Shown: positions 12,034 to 24,300 of the stretch, piece by piece
Layout: each line of letters opens with the position of its first letter
Numbering within the stretch: the first letter of the stretch is position 1
From: Klebsormidium nitens
Lineage: Eukaryota > Plantae > Klebsormidiophyceae
Reading direction: 5' to 3'
DNA: 64,000 nucleotides
Assembly: GCA_000708835.1 (NCBI GenBank)
Contig: DF237174.1
Location: forward strand, 62,001 to 126,000
The notes under the pieces: model-generated
Databases searched by the model: none
Told to the model about the DNA's origin: nothing
The model's input: only the letters and a program-made list of their open reading frames with translations
Program-made: the position numbers and the translations under genes

Positions 12034-15000
12034 ATGGCGCTCAAAGACAGTACCTTCGCTGTGCACGGCGTTCCCCCTGCCCAGGCTCCTTATCCGAAGG
12101 CAGACCTTCAGGATGCGTTCGCACCGTTCTGCAATGATCCCAAGGCTCCTTTGAAGATGCTCAAGGTGGACGAGACGGCCCGCAACCTGGTGCAGACACA
12201 TGACATCAAGAAGCTAGGCATGAGCAATGGTTTAGCGGCAGCCTGCGTGTCTGCGTGGAACTGTCACTACAACCTGGAGCTTAGCCCTGACGTCATCTGG
12301 ATTGCCATAGCTCAGGCAAGCAAAACATGGTTCCTTCCCTGAGCCTGCTGCACTGCTGCAGACATGCAATACTGGACGGACGCAAAAGAGGGTCTGCTAA
12401 CCTGCAATTCACCAGTAACAATCTTGTTGGAAGCATGCCCTCTTGGAAGTTCTGGAACAACCTTCGTGTTCTCTCAACAAAATACTCTGTGGTTTTGTTC
12501 AAGATAATAGATTGGAAAGTTTTGTGAGTTGCTTAGACTGCTTAGAGCAGTGAGATAAGTTCTAAAACCAAATCAGGACTCAAAAGATCCTATCTGAGGC
12601 CTTCTCTATTGTAGTCATTTGATCAAGATTGGGAGATTTTGACAATTCAAACCACTGACCAAGGTGATGTCAACTCTAGTAAGGATCTCTGTTGCAGGGA
12701 CTGGCTGCACATGTGAATGCAAACGCTGAGAAGCTCCGCTCGATATTTGTCAACCACGAAGGCAAGAAGGACATTCTCTTGCATTATCCTCGGTATGGGG
12801 ACTTGGACAAGCACTTGGGAGGAGAGGCAAGCTTCAACTGGCAGGTACGTGGCGACACGGTGCAATCTTCCTCGCTAGTAACTTTTGTTAATTTGCGGAT
12901 GCACTTCCAGCTTTTCTTTTGTAGACTCTTAAGCTTGAGACTCGAGAGGCAAAGGGTAGTGCTCTGCAAAGCTCTGTCAAGTGTGAGCCTGCGGATTGTC
13001 TCCGATTCGAGCTGAGATCAGCAGCGCGCACTTGGGCGGATCCATTCTGAACTTGCCAAGGCTCAATGCAGCCACTACTTGGCTGTCTTGTACTGTGCAG
13101 GATTATTGCTGGCAAAATCAGTTTCCACGCTACTCAAGCCGTGCACTTACTCGACTTCAGCTCTCAGTCTGTCAGTTACAGTCAGCAGTTCCTACGTGGA
13201 ACTTGACGCAGCCATTCTCACGTCACGTCGATTTTACAAGGAAGACTTTTCAACGTCTTGATAATGATCAGGATGCGTGAGTATAAACAGTTGTTTGCGT
13301 AGATAGAATCAGAAATGTGAACAGAATGACAGCCTTTACTGATTGAGACAATGATTCCTAATGTTATTTGTCTGGATAGTAGCCACGGACTTTGCCGTCA
13401 AACCTTTCCAAAACGGCCAGCCTTGAGAGATTCTGGACAAGCATGATCTCATGAAGTCTTTCGCCTGCTTTGCAGGACGTCATTCGTGACTTCGCTTCCG
13501 CGGTCGGAGAGAGAACCAAGAGCAACGTTGGCATCGTCATGGAGTGCGACTTCAGTACGACGGGTCTCGTCGAGCTGACGGTCTCTCAGCTGGCTCTCAT
13601 GGACGCCATGCAGCCCTACTTCAATTATTGCACGGAATGCATTTGCGGGATCCCAAAGATTACTCTTACGGGGACAGTCGAGGACTGGAAGAAGGTGAGG
13701 CATACCGCATCAAGATCTGCTCTTTTCGTCTGTAATCGATGTTTCCTCATAACAAAGCCTCCACTGTTCCTTGTAAGCCCCCGCTCGAAGAAATAAAAGC
13801 GCTCGATCGCATGGGGCCTGGGCGTAGATTTTCTCAAGGCTGGATTCACTGTCCGAAGATGCTGCACGCAAGTTTGCTTTGTGGTGACAGACAAGAGACC
13901 TCACCCTCGGTTTACTTCAGGTCAAAGACGTGACTTCAGCAACCAAGACTTCAGGCTTCCTTTGTCGAGCTTCGCTGTTGCTGTCTCCGCTTCAGAACCA
14001 CTTGACACGATAGCCCGCCAGGGATCCTCAGACTTGCGGAGGACCTCAGAATATCGCAATGCCTCCGCAGATCCGCGCAAAAGCCGCGGCTCTGGCGGCC
14101 TATGACCTGGACTGGTGGCTCCAGGAGCTTCTCCCCGTTCTCGACCACTTCGTCCCCGCCCGGGAGGGACGGCCTGACGTCACCTTCTGGCAGCGGATCT
14201 GCCGACAGGACGGAGGGACGGTCACAGGCATGGCCTATAACAAGTGAGCGCCTGACTTGAGAGGCGGTTCTCCATTTCTAACGAGTGTCACTTCGCTTCG
14301 TGCAGGATATTTGCTCATAACTGTTCCGTGAAACACGATAGAAATAATCTGCAAGGACATGTTCGTGGAAGGGCAAACGCTGCCTATGTCCGACACTGGC
14401 AGCAAGCCTGAAGGGGGTTTGTGGCAGGGCATCTAACACAGATTAAGAGACTTATGCTTATGTTGCCTCTATGTTTCTTGTATAGGATCCAATGATGCCA
14501 AGGAACAGCTCAGTAAAACATGTTAAGGACTAATCTAGAATGGTTCAGGGTCAAGAAGTGCTGTCAACATCTGGACTTTTTGACCCTGAAGTGCCAGGTT
14601 CAAACGCAGCCCTGTTGTCTCTGCACCGCACCTTTTGCTCCTAACTAACCTACCTTGCCTTGCAGGATCCCGGAATTCGTCAGCGGCTGGCTCTCCGTCT
14701 TCTTTCCGTACGACAGCCAAAACCGGAAGCGAGACCTGCGCTGGGACGCTCCAAAGCCTATGCCGTGGCCCCCGAGAAGCAAAGTTGTGCCGCACGATCC
14801 TGAAGCCTCTAAGGACCAGTCTGCGGAATACGGGCTTCGCATCTACAACACGGACTTCCCTTCCGGCGTCTCGAGCGCACCCATCAACGTTAAACTTCGG
14901 AGGGGCGAGTCGCTTCAACTCAAACTGTTGGGAGGCTTTGTCGGCGTGGAACAAGACCCAGTGATGCTGACTTTGAAGCCAGCAATCTCTTGGTGCGCAG

Positions 15001-15050
15001 CGCAGTGCTTGCCACCTGCACCGCAGGCTGAGGTCTCTCCTTGGTCGTAA
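12034..15050 (+). CDS. DUF4419-family protein, copy 1 (5 exons, intact)
   Basis: Exons 12034-12315, 12698-12844, 13476-13694, 14071-14243, 14666-15050. Motifs NGLAAACVSAWNCHYNLELSPDVIWIAIAQG, DFSTTG, CGIPKITLTGTVEDWKK, SGWLSVFFPY, LLGGFVGVEQ match my recollection of DUF4419. Intron 1 needs a GC donor (CAG|GCAAGC at 12316). Confidence 0.8.
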
Positions 15051-15282
15051 TACGGTGGTAGCGATCAAGGGCTTCCATCACGCTTGTGCCTCGCATGGCC
15101 CTGCTGTCAGCCACACAACCGTTGAACTCAGTGACTCTTCTTTAGAGACGAGGAAAGTTCGCGAGGTTAGGCAGGGGCCGGTTAGGCATTGATAGAACAC
15201 GCTCTGATTGTCCATTTTGACATGCTTCTCAAGCCCTGAAACTTTTGCAAACAACAAATCTTATCCGAAGTAGCTGACAAGT

Positions 15283-15324
15283 GCAGCATATTGAGTTTCA
15301 CACGCAGCATATTGAGTTTCACAC
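15283..15324. repeat. 21-bp perfect tandem duplication (intergenic)
   Basis: gcagcatattgagtttcacac at 15283 and 15304. Confidence 0.9.
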
Positions 15325-16520
15325 GGAATTTGGCTTATGACCGTTGCATACAGCGTGCTATTCATGAGCTGCAAAAACCCGTGAACTTGTAAATGTGAAT
15401 GCAGAATACACCGTGCCAGTATTTGTGAGTACTTTCCTGTGTGCAATCAATCAACACGTATAACTCAGCGGTCAAAGTGGTCATATCTGCTCTGCACGCT
15501 TATATGCTCGGATCGAAGGACGTAGAATCATAGAATGCGTTGCAGCCGCGCTGCGATGCACGTACTCGGCTTGATGGCTTCTCGCAGCCACGCCGCGTGC
15601 GGCTCAGGTCTCACGTGGCCATTTTGAAGCCTCGTAGCTTGGATTTGTGGTCGTCAGATGGATGATTGGACGATCCAGACTCTTCATCATGCATCAGCTG
15701 GCCCAATCTGATATGCAGACTTGAGAAGGGCTGGAGCAATCCGGGTCCCTAAAAATGCTTGGTCGTACAACTTTGTCGCAACTTTAGCTTCTCGACGAAT
15801 TTGAAAGAGCGGTAAGCTTCTCGACGTACTTGACAGAGCGGCTGATGACAAAGTGATGATGGGGTGCCATTCCAGACAACGGCATCAGCAGGCCAGCACA
15901 AGAAGGTCATTGAGGTACTTACGAAAACCTTAAAAGACGTGAATTCTGACGAGCTTCTCTGTCGCCCTGTAACGCCGGTAGTACGGTCCCACAACGACAA
16001 GCTTTTAATGAACGGCCCTTCGACGGCACTCGACGTGAGTCACTTGATTTCGCCTTAACGCGCCGAAGGTCGAAATCGTGTTTTCAGGATGCATCCTGAT
16101 GCTGCCATGCTCGTTATAGAGCTCAGCGCTCGCATAGGAAACAGCAGCGGCGTAAGACGGTGACGTCGCAATGGCGTGCCGCGCGCGCTGCCTGCTTTTG
16201 CGCTGCTTGCGCGTACCGTCGAGACCGCGGCCGTGTGCGGCAGATTTGCTTGACGCGGCCGCTCAAACCCTGTCCCAGCTGTACGACCGTTCGATCTGCA
16301 GAATGGACGACACAGATTGCGGGGTTACGTCCGGTTGCGTCCCAACCTAAAACCCTCAGGATATTGTGGCCCGCGTCGCCCTTTCTTTCCTTTTCAGATG
16401 ATGCGAAACGAGCAACCAATGCAGCTGCCGCACTATATCCATACGTGCGCACGTCTGTAGTCGCTCATTTGGAGGGATCAGCTTTGTGAAAGAACGTGGA
16501 AGCGATCAGGCGCAATTGTA

Positions 16521-19398
16521 ATGGCGACCAAAACTAGCATCACCTTCTCTGTGCACGAAGTTGCTCCGGCCACGGAACCCTTTCCTAGAGTGGGCCTGAA
16601 GCACCTCTTCCAGCCTTTTTGCGACAATCGCCAGGCACCTCTCAAAATACTTGCGGTAGACAACAGCGTGGCCAAGACTTTGGTGAAGACGGATGATGAT
16701 TACCTGAGCATCAGCAACGGATTCGTGGGAGCTTGCGTGTCTGCATGGAACGAGCACTATGATCTGGAGCTCAGCCCGGACGATATCTGGATTGCCATTG
16801 CTCAGGTGAGCATACAACACCCTATTGAGCCGTTTCTCCAGAAAGTCTAGTATAATCCTCTGCCAGGTTGGACAGCCTTCAAGTGGCATCTGTGGCAAAA
16901 GGCAAGTCATACAAACCCGCTTTTGTTCACAAGCATGTGATTCGGAAGTAGAGATTAGCATGCAGCTGGCACATGTAGTATTAATTGTACCTTGGTTGTT
17001 CGAAGTTGCTGCAGGATGTACATCACTCAGCTGAGTATGTTCAGAGAGTTCTGAAAGTCTTCGAGCAGAGAGCTTTGGGACTCTTCGAGCAGCCCCGAAT
17101 AGGTCCTTCTCCATGAAAGACCTTCAGTAAGATGATCTGGACAACCGCTTGCTCCCTTTCGTTTGGTGCAGGGGCTTGCAGCACATGTCAATGCAAACGC
17201 GAAAAAGCTCCGCGCTGCCTTCGTCGACCATTAAGGCAAGAAGAACATAGCTCTTGACAACGGTGAAGGCCAATACGGAGACTTTCTGAAAGCGGATTGC
17301 AAGTGGCAGGTATGTGGTATCACAGCATTTACTCATGAGGCAGACCACTTGCAACGGAAAGCTAAACTTAGGAATCGGATTGCTTTACAAAAAGATGCCG
17401 AACCAGACCTTGTCATGGCTCGGAAGAACGAAGCAATGATCGGCGTCAAAAAGAGTACTAGTCTGGTCAGTTCATCTTACGGTGGCTGTATGACTGTCTG
17501 GCGTTCGTGGATTAGGCACTTCTCCAATTTTGAATCTGAATGCGAGAATATCAGCCTTTGGCGACGCAGACTTCCGACGCCCGTGTGACCTCTGGACTCC
17601 AACCGCTCTTATAAGGGTGTGCCAATCTGCCAATGAGAATCTTGGAAGGAGCTGCAGGAGAGGTTCTCCAATCTTCTAAGGCTTTTGTTCAGAACTTGGC
17701 GCAGAAATAAAGCAACAGACGCTACTTGCCATTCTGACTCTCTTCTTCTCTCTGCAGGACGTGATCCGCGACTTTTCCAGTGCAATTGGGGAGCAGACCA
17801 AGCAGAATGTGCGCGAGCTCGTGGAGTGCGACTTCAGCACGACGGGCCTGGTGGAGCTGACTGTGTCACAGCTGGCGCTTATGGACGCCATGCAGCCGTA
17901 TTTCAACTACCACATGTGCGTCTGCGGCATCCCGAAGATTACGCTTACAGGGACGGTCGAGGACTGGAAGAAGGTGAGTAGCAACGATTACGATTTCTCC
18001 GGACGAAACCTTTTCCAAAAGCTGGAACGGCCTTGCTTGATTGGAAAGGAACGGTGATTCGGTTGCTCTCAGTGACTTCGAAGAAGGAACACTGAGCGCG
18101 TGGTCCTTTGCTGTTTGGGTGGCTTCTCCTTATGGCGAAGAGGCAAAGGATTGACCTCCTGCAACATCTCCCAAGACGAGGCTTCCTTTTGAAACCTTTC
18201 GCGCGTTTCGTGCCCATGGCAAAGGTCGACAGCTCTGTTCTGCTTCTGACTCGGACCTGTGCAACACGGAATTCAAAACAATTGAGAGTACCGATCTCTT
18301 GTCTGGGAAGTCCCTTCCGCTTAGAAGTTTTGTGTGCATTTGAAGTAAGGAAAAAATCTTACCGATTCTCTGAGCCCTGTATGTACGAAGCCGCAGAACG
18401 CTTGAGTCACGCTGACCCCCTCGTGATAGCTAGGTCACTCAGAACTTAGTCCGTCACAGGTCCGTGCGAAAGCCGCCGCTTTGGCAGCATACGATCTGGA
18501 TTGGTGGCTCCAAGAGCTGCTCCCCATCCTCGACCATTTCGTTACCGCCCGGGAGGGGCGTCCTGACGTCAGCTTCTGGCGTCGCATCTGCCGGCAGGAC
18601 GGAGGGACAATCACTGGGAACGCGTACAACAAGTGAGCGCACGCCTTTGCCTTTCACTTGGAAAACGTACATCACTGAAAGGCGTGCACGAGCTTTGGTT
18701 TGTGGGAGGGCCAAGTAAATGTGGTTCCAAGCTAACCAGGTTATTGAGCTGTGGTTCAAGAAACGCTGTTAGCATCGCCTCAGTATGTTTGATACGGGAA
18801 GGTCCCGTGTCGAACTTGCGAGCCGCTGATGCGCTATGAAACGAAACGAAGGTGCCAAGACGCTACGAAACTGAGGCGCCAATCACGTCAGGTTCTCAAG
18901 CTAACCGGACAAGGTTACTGAAGCTTGGTCAATCAGCCCATTGACCTGTTTCCGCCCTGTTCATAAAGTCGATCATGATGTTGCAGGGTCCCGGACTTCA
19001 TTAGCGGCTGGCTGTCCGTCTTCTTCCCGTACAACAAGCAGAACAAGCGGCGTGATCTCCGCTGGGACGCCCCCAAGCCCCGGCCTTGGGCTCGGAACAG
19101 CGGGGTCGTGCCGCGCGATCCCGAAGCCTCCAAGGACCAGTCTGCGGAGTTCGGGCTTCGCATCTACAACAGCGACTTGCCATCGGGCATGTCGAGCGCG
19201 CCGGTGGAGATATCGTCTCCTGGAGGGAAGCTCCGCATGAGGCTTTTGGGAGGCTTTGTTGGGGTGCAACAAGATCCAGAGACCCTGACCCTGAGGCCCG
19301 CGCTTTCGTGGTGCGCAGCGGAGTGTGTGGCAGTAACGCCGAAAGATTCGGGCAGTTCAGCCCCGGGAAAGAGTCAGAAGAGGCGGAAGCTCAGCTAA
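16521..19398 (+). pseudogene. DUF4419-family protein, copy 2, with in-frame stop in exon 2 (pseudogene, null allele or sequence error)
   Basis: Exons 16521-16805, 17172-17309, 17758-17973, 18460-18632, 18987-19398 have the same intron positions and phases as copy 1. Exon 2 reads FVDH*GKKNI (TAA 17232-17234) where copy 1 has FVNHEGKKDI (GAA). The other exons are open. Confidence 0.75.
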
Positions 19399-19835
19399 GG
19401 ACCTATTGCATAAGGAAAGGCTTACCTACACGATCTAAAACTCTTGAGGCTGGTTTCGATACCATCCGTACATGACTAGATTTAGGTACTAGGCTGGCTC
19501 AGTGTGCACGTCTCAAGAGAAACTAATTGAAACTGTCTGTGAGGATCTAGAGGATCGGAAAAGTTTGACGTCATACGTTGGCAACTGCATGGCAAACGTT
19601 TGGAATCTGATGGTGTACGCGTCCAAGTACATGTGCGGCCCGTACGTAGTGCGGGTTGCAGGCTTCAACATGCTTATCGCTGGCCTATATGCAGTGGCCC
19701 GGCAGCTTCACATCTATCGCTAATGGTCAATTGCACCCCTGTGGCTAGCTATACTATGATACACATTGGTGCATATAAGTGTACCACCAAATTACAAAAG
19801 TTCAGTGCACCCGTGCCCCAAGGCAAAATTCTATA

Positions 19836-20856
19836 AGAGTATCGGCCCTGATTCCGGAATTTCGCAATTCCGGACGCAAAAACCTTATTCATAGCGTTGT
19901 TGAAGTAGCTTGCAACCCCGCCCCTAACTCCGCCCGGTTGCTTGATGGAGAAGTGGTCGGGGCATTTCAGCAAGATTCGTTTGCAGGATAAGATCCATTC
20001 AGAAACCGCCGCGTGTCATAGGTCGGAACCTTGGTGTTAGGGGCGGCTTGGCCCGTCAACTTTGTAGGCCGAGAGCTAATGTAGCTACCGGCTAGACCAC
20101 CGGGCACTGTTGCAGGCTATATGCATGCTTATTGAGCTGCCCGGTCCAAAGTGTACCGCGCTCTTTCGACCGGCCTAGCACTGTTCCCAACTTCGGAACT
20201 TTCAACTGGAATAGGTGATACCTAGGTGACGCCGACCCCGAGTTTGAAATTGGAGTGTCCTCTTCGACTGAGCGCGCAAATGTTACGAAGTCGCGTGCAA
20301 CCGAACTTTAAATTCTACACTGACCGTAGAGGCTTGACCGTCGAATTCGGTCGACCGTACGGCCATTCTGAATTTTCTGACATGGTTGTAAAATTGGCAA
20401 GTTCACCGCGCGCCGCGTGGCCAATATTCAATGTCGTTACGTACGGCGGTTCGATTTGCCCGGAGTTTCGTGCACAACGGGCGCAATTGACACCATCGAA
20501 ACTCCAACATTTGGCTGAGGTTCCGTGCACCGTCGATACGGATACGAATATCTACGGTCGAAACCACCTTATCCTGCAAACGAATCGACTTTCCAATCTG
20601 GCAGTGATGGCTTCTGCGGCCTCCGAGTTAGGGGCGGGGTCGCGACGTTCTTCAACAAACCCGGACCTAACAAAGCAGTCTACCGAGCACGCTGGGACTT
20701 TCACCAGATCCAGTTCCGGATGCAGTTCGAACGCTATTAATTCCGAACACCGTGTGTACGTCAACTTACCGACCGAATCTATTATGTCCGCAATAAGGTT
20801 TTGAGCTTTTATATCCGTCCGGAATTGCAAAGTTCCGGAATCAGGGCCGATACTCT
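19836..20856. mobile_element. Non-autonomous DNA transposon (MITE-like, 1021 bp) with 41-bp TIRs and TA target-site duplication (Tc1/mariner-type signature)
   Basis: Left TIR 19836-19876 agagtatcggccctgattccggaatttcgcaattccggacg versus reverse complement of 20816-20856: 39/41 identical, with an aaaaccttatt sub-terminal match after an indel. TA at 19834-35 and 20857-58. No transposase recognisable inside. Confidence 0.85.
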
Positions 20857-21388
20857 TAAGGATTCAAGTTTCCCGAGCATGAAAAGTGCGTGCGTAAGAC
20901 CAAGCGCGCAACGTCAGTGATACGAAATCGCCGCAGATTATCATGCATCATGGCGTCGGACTTGAAATTGTCTATAGCGGGCAATAGGTGCACGCCGAGA
21001 TCATAACGCATAACACCATGAAAGTGCGTGGAATTTCGACTTGACATACCGGCCATTTCATTCTGCGCACTACTAGTGCGCAAGTTTATGTAGTACAAAA
21101 AGACATGCGGCATGTGGCGAGTGCATGATCACCGCGACTCAAATCACTTTGCGTACAGCATGTTTAGTGAGATACGATTTAATGTTAAGGTCAAACGTAG
21201 TTGTGACAGCCTGCCGCATCGAGTTGAGCTGGCGGCCCTCGTGTCGCTCCTCGCGCACCGCCTTCTCACCCTACGCAACTGATCATAACCTGACAACTCG
21301 TATACCTAGCCGTAGCTACCTTCTCACCTCGCTAAGCCCGTGAGACGCCAGAGCGCAAGCGGGCAGTAATCATCTCTCCAAAGAGTCC

Positions 21389-24300
21389 TCACTTTGCAGC
21401 AGCCTCAATAGCGGCAACGCACTCTTCTACGGGGGCTTGTCTACTGAGCGCCTCAACTAAGGCATCGAATGAAGCTTTGTTATTCTTGATAACTGAAGCC
21501 GCATAGTACGTCTGCATGAGCATGAAGAGCACGAATTCACGCAACAAGGACACCATCAGGAGACTGACACCAACTTGGACAAACCTGGTCCCAAGAGAGG
21601 GTACCTCGTTCTTGACAGAGTTATTCTCTGACAACCTGACCTTTTTTGGGGAATCCGACTTCGTAAGGATCTTTAAAGGCACAGCTTCAATGGCTGATGG
21701 CTACAGGGCAAGACCGACCCTTTCTGCTGTTCAAAAAGATAGATAGAGTTTCGTTACCGGGATTGATAGCCCAAAGACCAAAATCAAAGACAGAAACTGG
21801 ACTACGGGACTAGATCGGGAGCACCAAACGAAAGCTTCTCTGGCCACGCAGCCGAAGAATCACAGGATACCGCACGCTGTTGCATCACGGAAAACAGTCT
21901 CTCATACACAAACATCTTCTCTTCTTCGTCGCTTCGCATCATGGTCGCATCAAGGTCGCAAGGCTCGTCGAGTCTCAGCTCGCGCGTTCTGCTGTAGAGA
22001 ACAAATCCTCGGTGCTATGTCGGGTCTGCCCACAATCAAAACGTTGTGGAATTACGAGCCAAGACTGACAACGGATTAACGAGCCAAGACTGACGCCTCA
22101 CCGCCCATCGCGTCAGGTTCTGCTGCTCGTTGTTGCTCAGCTTCGGCTTGGTCCGGTTGATCAGCCGCTGCAGCGTCATCAAGTCCGCCGTCTGCCCCTC
22201 CACCTTGTCGAAGTTGAGGCCCTCAGCGGCGAGGCCCGCCATCGCCACTACCGATAACCTGGGGAGAGCGGAGAGCGGAATAAAAAGCGGAACGAAGGGA
22301 ATGACGGAATGAACGGTATGGCCGTTTCGAAGTTGAGGCTCTCAGCTGGGACGCCCGCCATTGCAACCACTGATAACCTGGAGAGAGCGGAAAGCGGACT
22401 GAAAACGGAATGAACGGAATGAACGGTACGGAAGGCCTTTCCAAAGTCGAGATCCTCAGCAGCGAGGCCCGCCATAACCACCACAACAATCTGGAGCGAG
22501 CGGAAAGCGGAATAATAACAGGACGAACAGAATGAACAGTATGGCAGTCCATTTCGAAGTGAGAGCCCTCAGCAGCCAAGCCCACATTGCCACGTCCGAT
22601 AACCTTGAGAGAGCACAGAGCGGAAAAGGAAAGGAACAAACGGAATGAATATTTTTGCCAGTCCTTTTTGAAGTCAAGGGCCTCAGGAGCCAAGCCCGCA
22701 TCGTCATTTGCGGTAACCGGGAGAGACCAAGAGCGATAGGGAATCGGGACGAGGCCATTAGGAGCCAGGCCCGCCGTCGCCACTACCGATAAATGGGAGA
22801 GAGCGACAAGCCGAGTGCAACATGGGACGAACAAACGGCATGAAACGACGAACAAAAGGACCGACATCAGAAGTATATAGGGATGAACAATCGGATGAAG
22901 ACGGAATGACACGTTGGACGAATTGTGTTTGAAACGTTGACCGGCTTGAAGAAGAACCCAACGGACGCTACTTGAGTTCCTGGAGCACTTGGGCAATCTT
23001 CAGTCCATTGTAAAACTTCACCAACAAGCGATGTATTCCAGCTACCCCGCTTGAGGATCTAGATGCCCGTACCATCACGTGAAAGTGCCTTTGATGCAAG
23101 TCGGTCGCATGTCCTCAAACAACACCCACGAGATATTTCGGAGATTCCAGTGCATGCATCCCTCATTGCTGTGCGCTACGCACTAGCTGATCAAACTATC
23201 CTCAAACCTGGCTGCCGTGACTACTTTGATCCGTGTAGATCACAGAACCTGAGCCGTCCAAACGTGACGCTTCGGTCATTGAAAGTTCTGCGTTCTGCAG
23301 ATTTGCAGATCGGGAGTCTGGTCAAGCCGTCTACTTTGACGGCGTCAGTGGAGGGACTGTAAGCGGAGCGTACCTTTCCAGCTCCGACACGTTCAGGAGA
23401 CCTTCGAGGAGCCGCTTCTGCAGCTTGAAGTCAACCAGGTTCGTATGCTCCCGACCAATGTCCAAAGAGTAGCCCGTGATAGGGATGCCCAACATGTAAG
23501 CAACTGGGGGGAAGCAACGGAATCTTATGTCGCGCAAGAATCTGCACATATTTGAATGCATCACCAAACTTGTGCATTGAATCGTGGGCGTTTGTAACAT
23601 GTACCAGAGTCGAGATCCTCCTGATTTCGTGGAGCAATTGCGCGTTCTCTCAAGACGGAGCCAAAACGTTAACCCCATCGGGCTATGAAACCACAGTAAC
23701 CATGTACTTCTGGATGATGGTGAGCCAAGCAAAGATGAAGCAGCCAAGCGCCAGATTCTCAAACCAACGAGGAGGGACCCACACTCACCCAGGAAATGCG
23801 CAGCCTCGTGCTTTGCAACGCGCTCTCTGTTGTTGGGGAAAAGCTGCCCGAACTGGCTGGTGGCTACTTGGAGAAGCCCGGGTGCCACACTGCCGACCGC
23901 AAGGACGGCTAGGGAGATGCCGCCAACTAGGTACGGGACAAAGAAGCCCCAGTCTCCGGGAAGGAAGCCGGCAGCTACGGCTACGACGGAAGTGACTCCG
24001 ACCACCGTTACGAGGAAGGCAAGCTGCAGGAGGCGAGGCAAAAGGGGGTAAAATTGTAGGAAGGAAGGGATAGTCACCGGTGAAAGAACATCGTTGGTTC
24101 CAATAAAAAACTGTCAACCGAAAAGGCCAAGTCAGTAGCATCCATAAGTCAAACAGTTTCCCAGGTCCAAATGATTCTGAGAACATGCCACTGGAGTGAC
24201 GGTGTATTTGAATCACAGAAACGAGCTAAGAAAAGCCAGAGCAATGTGTTGTCCTCTGAACATTATGGCAGGGGCTTTTGTCTGCTCTACAATTCTGGCC

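Noticed and set aside
13020-13470. Scrambled similarity of DUF4419 intron 2 to exon 3 (atgcagcc.ctactt, cgacttcag)
   Set aside because: Short, non-collinear matches; needs a statistical test before it can be counted as an echo.
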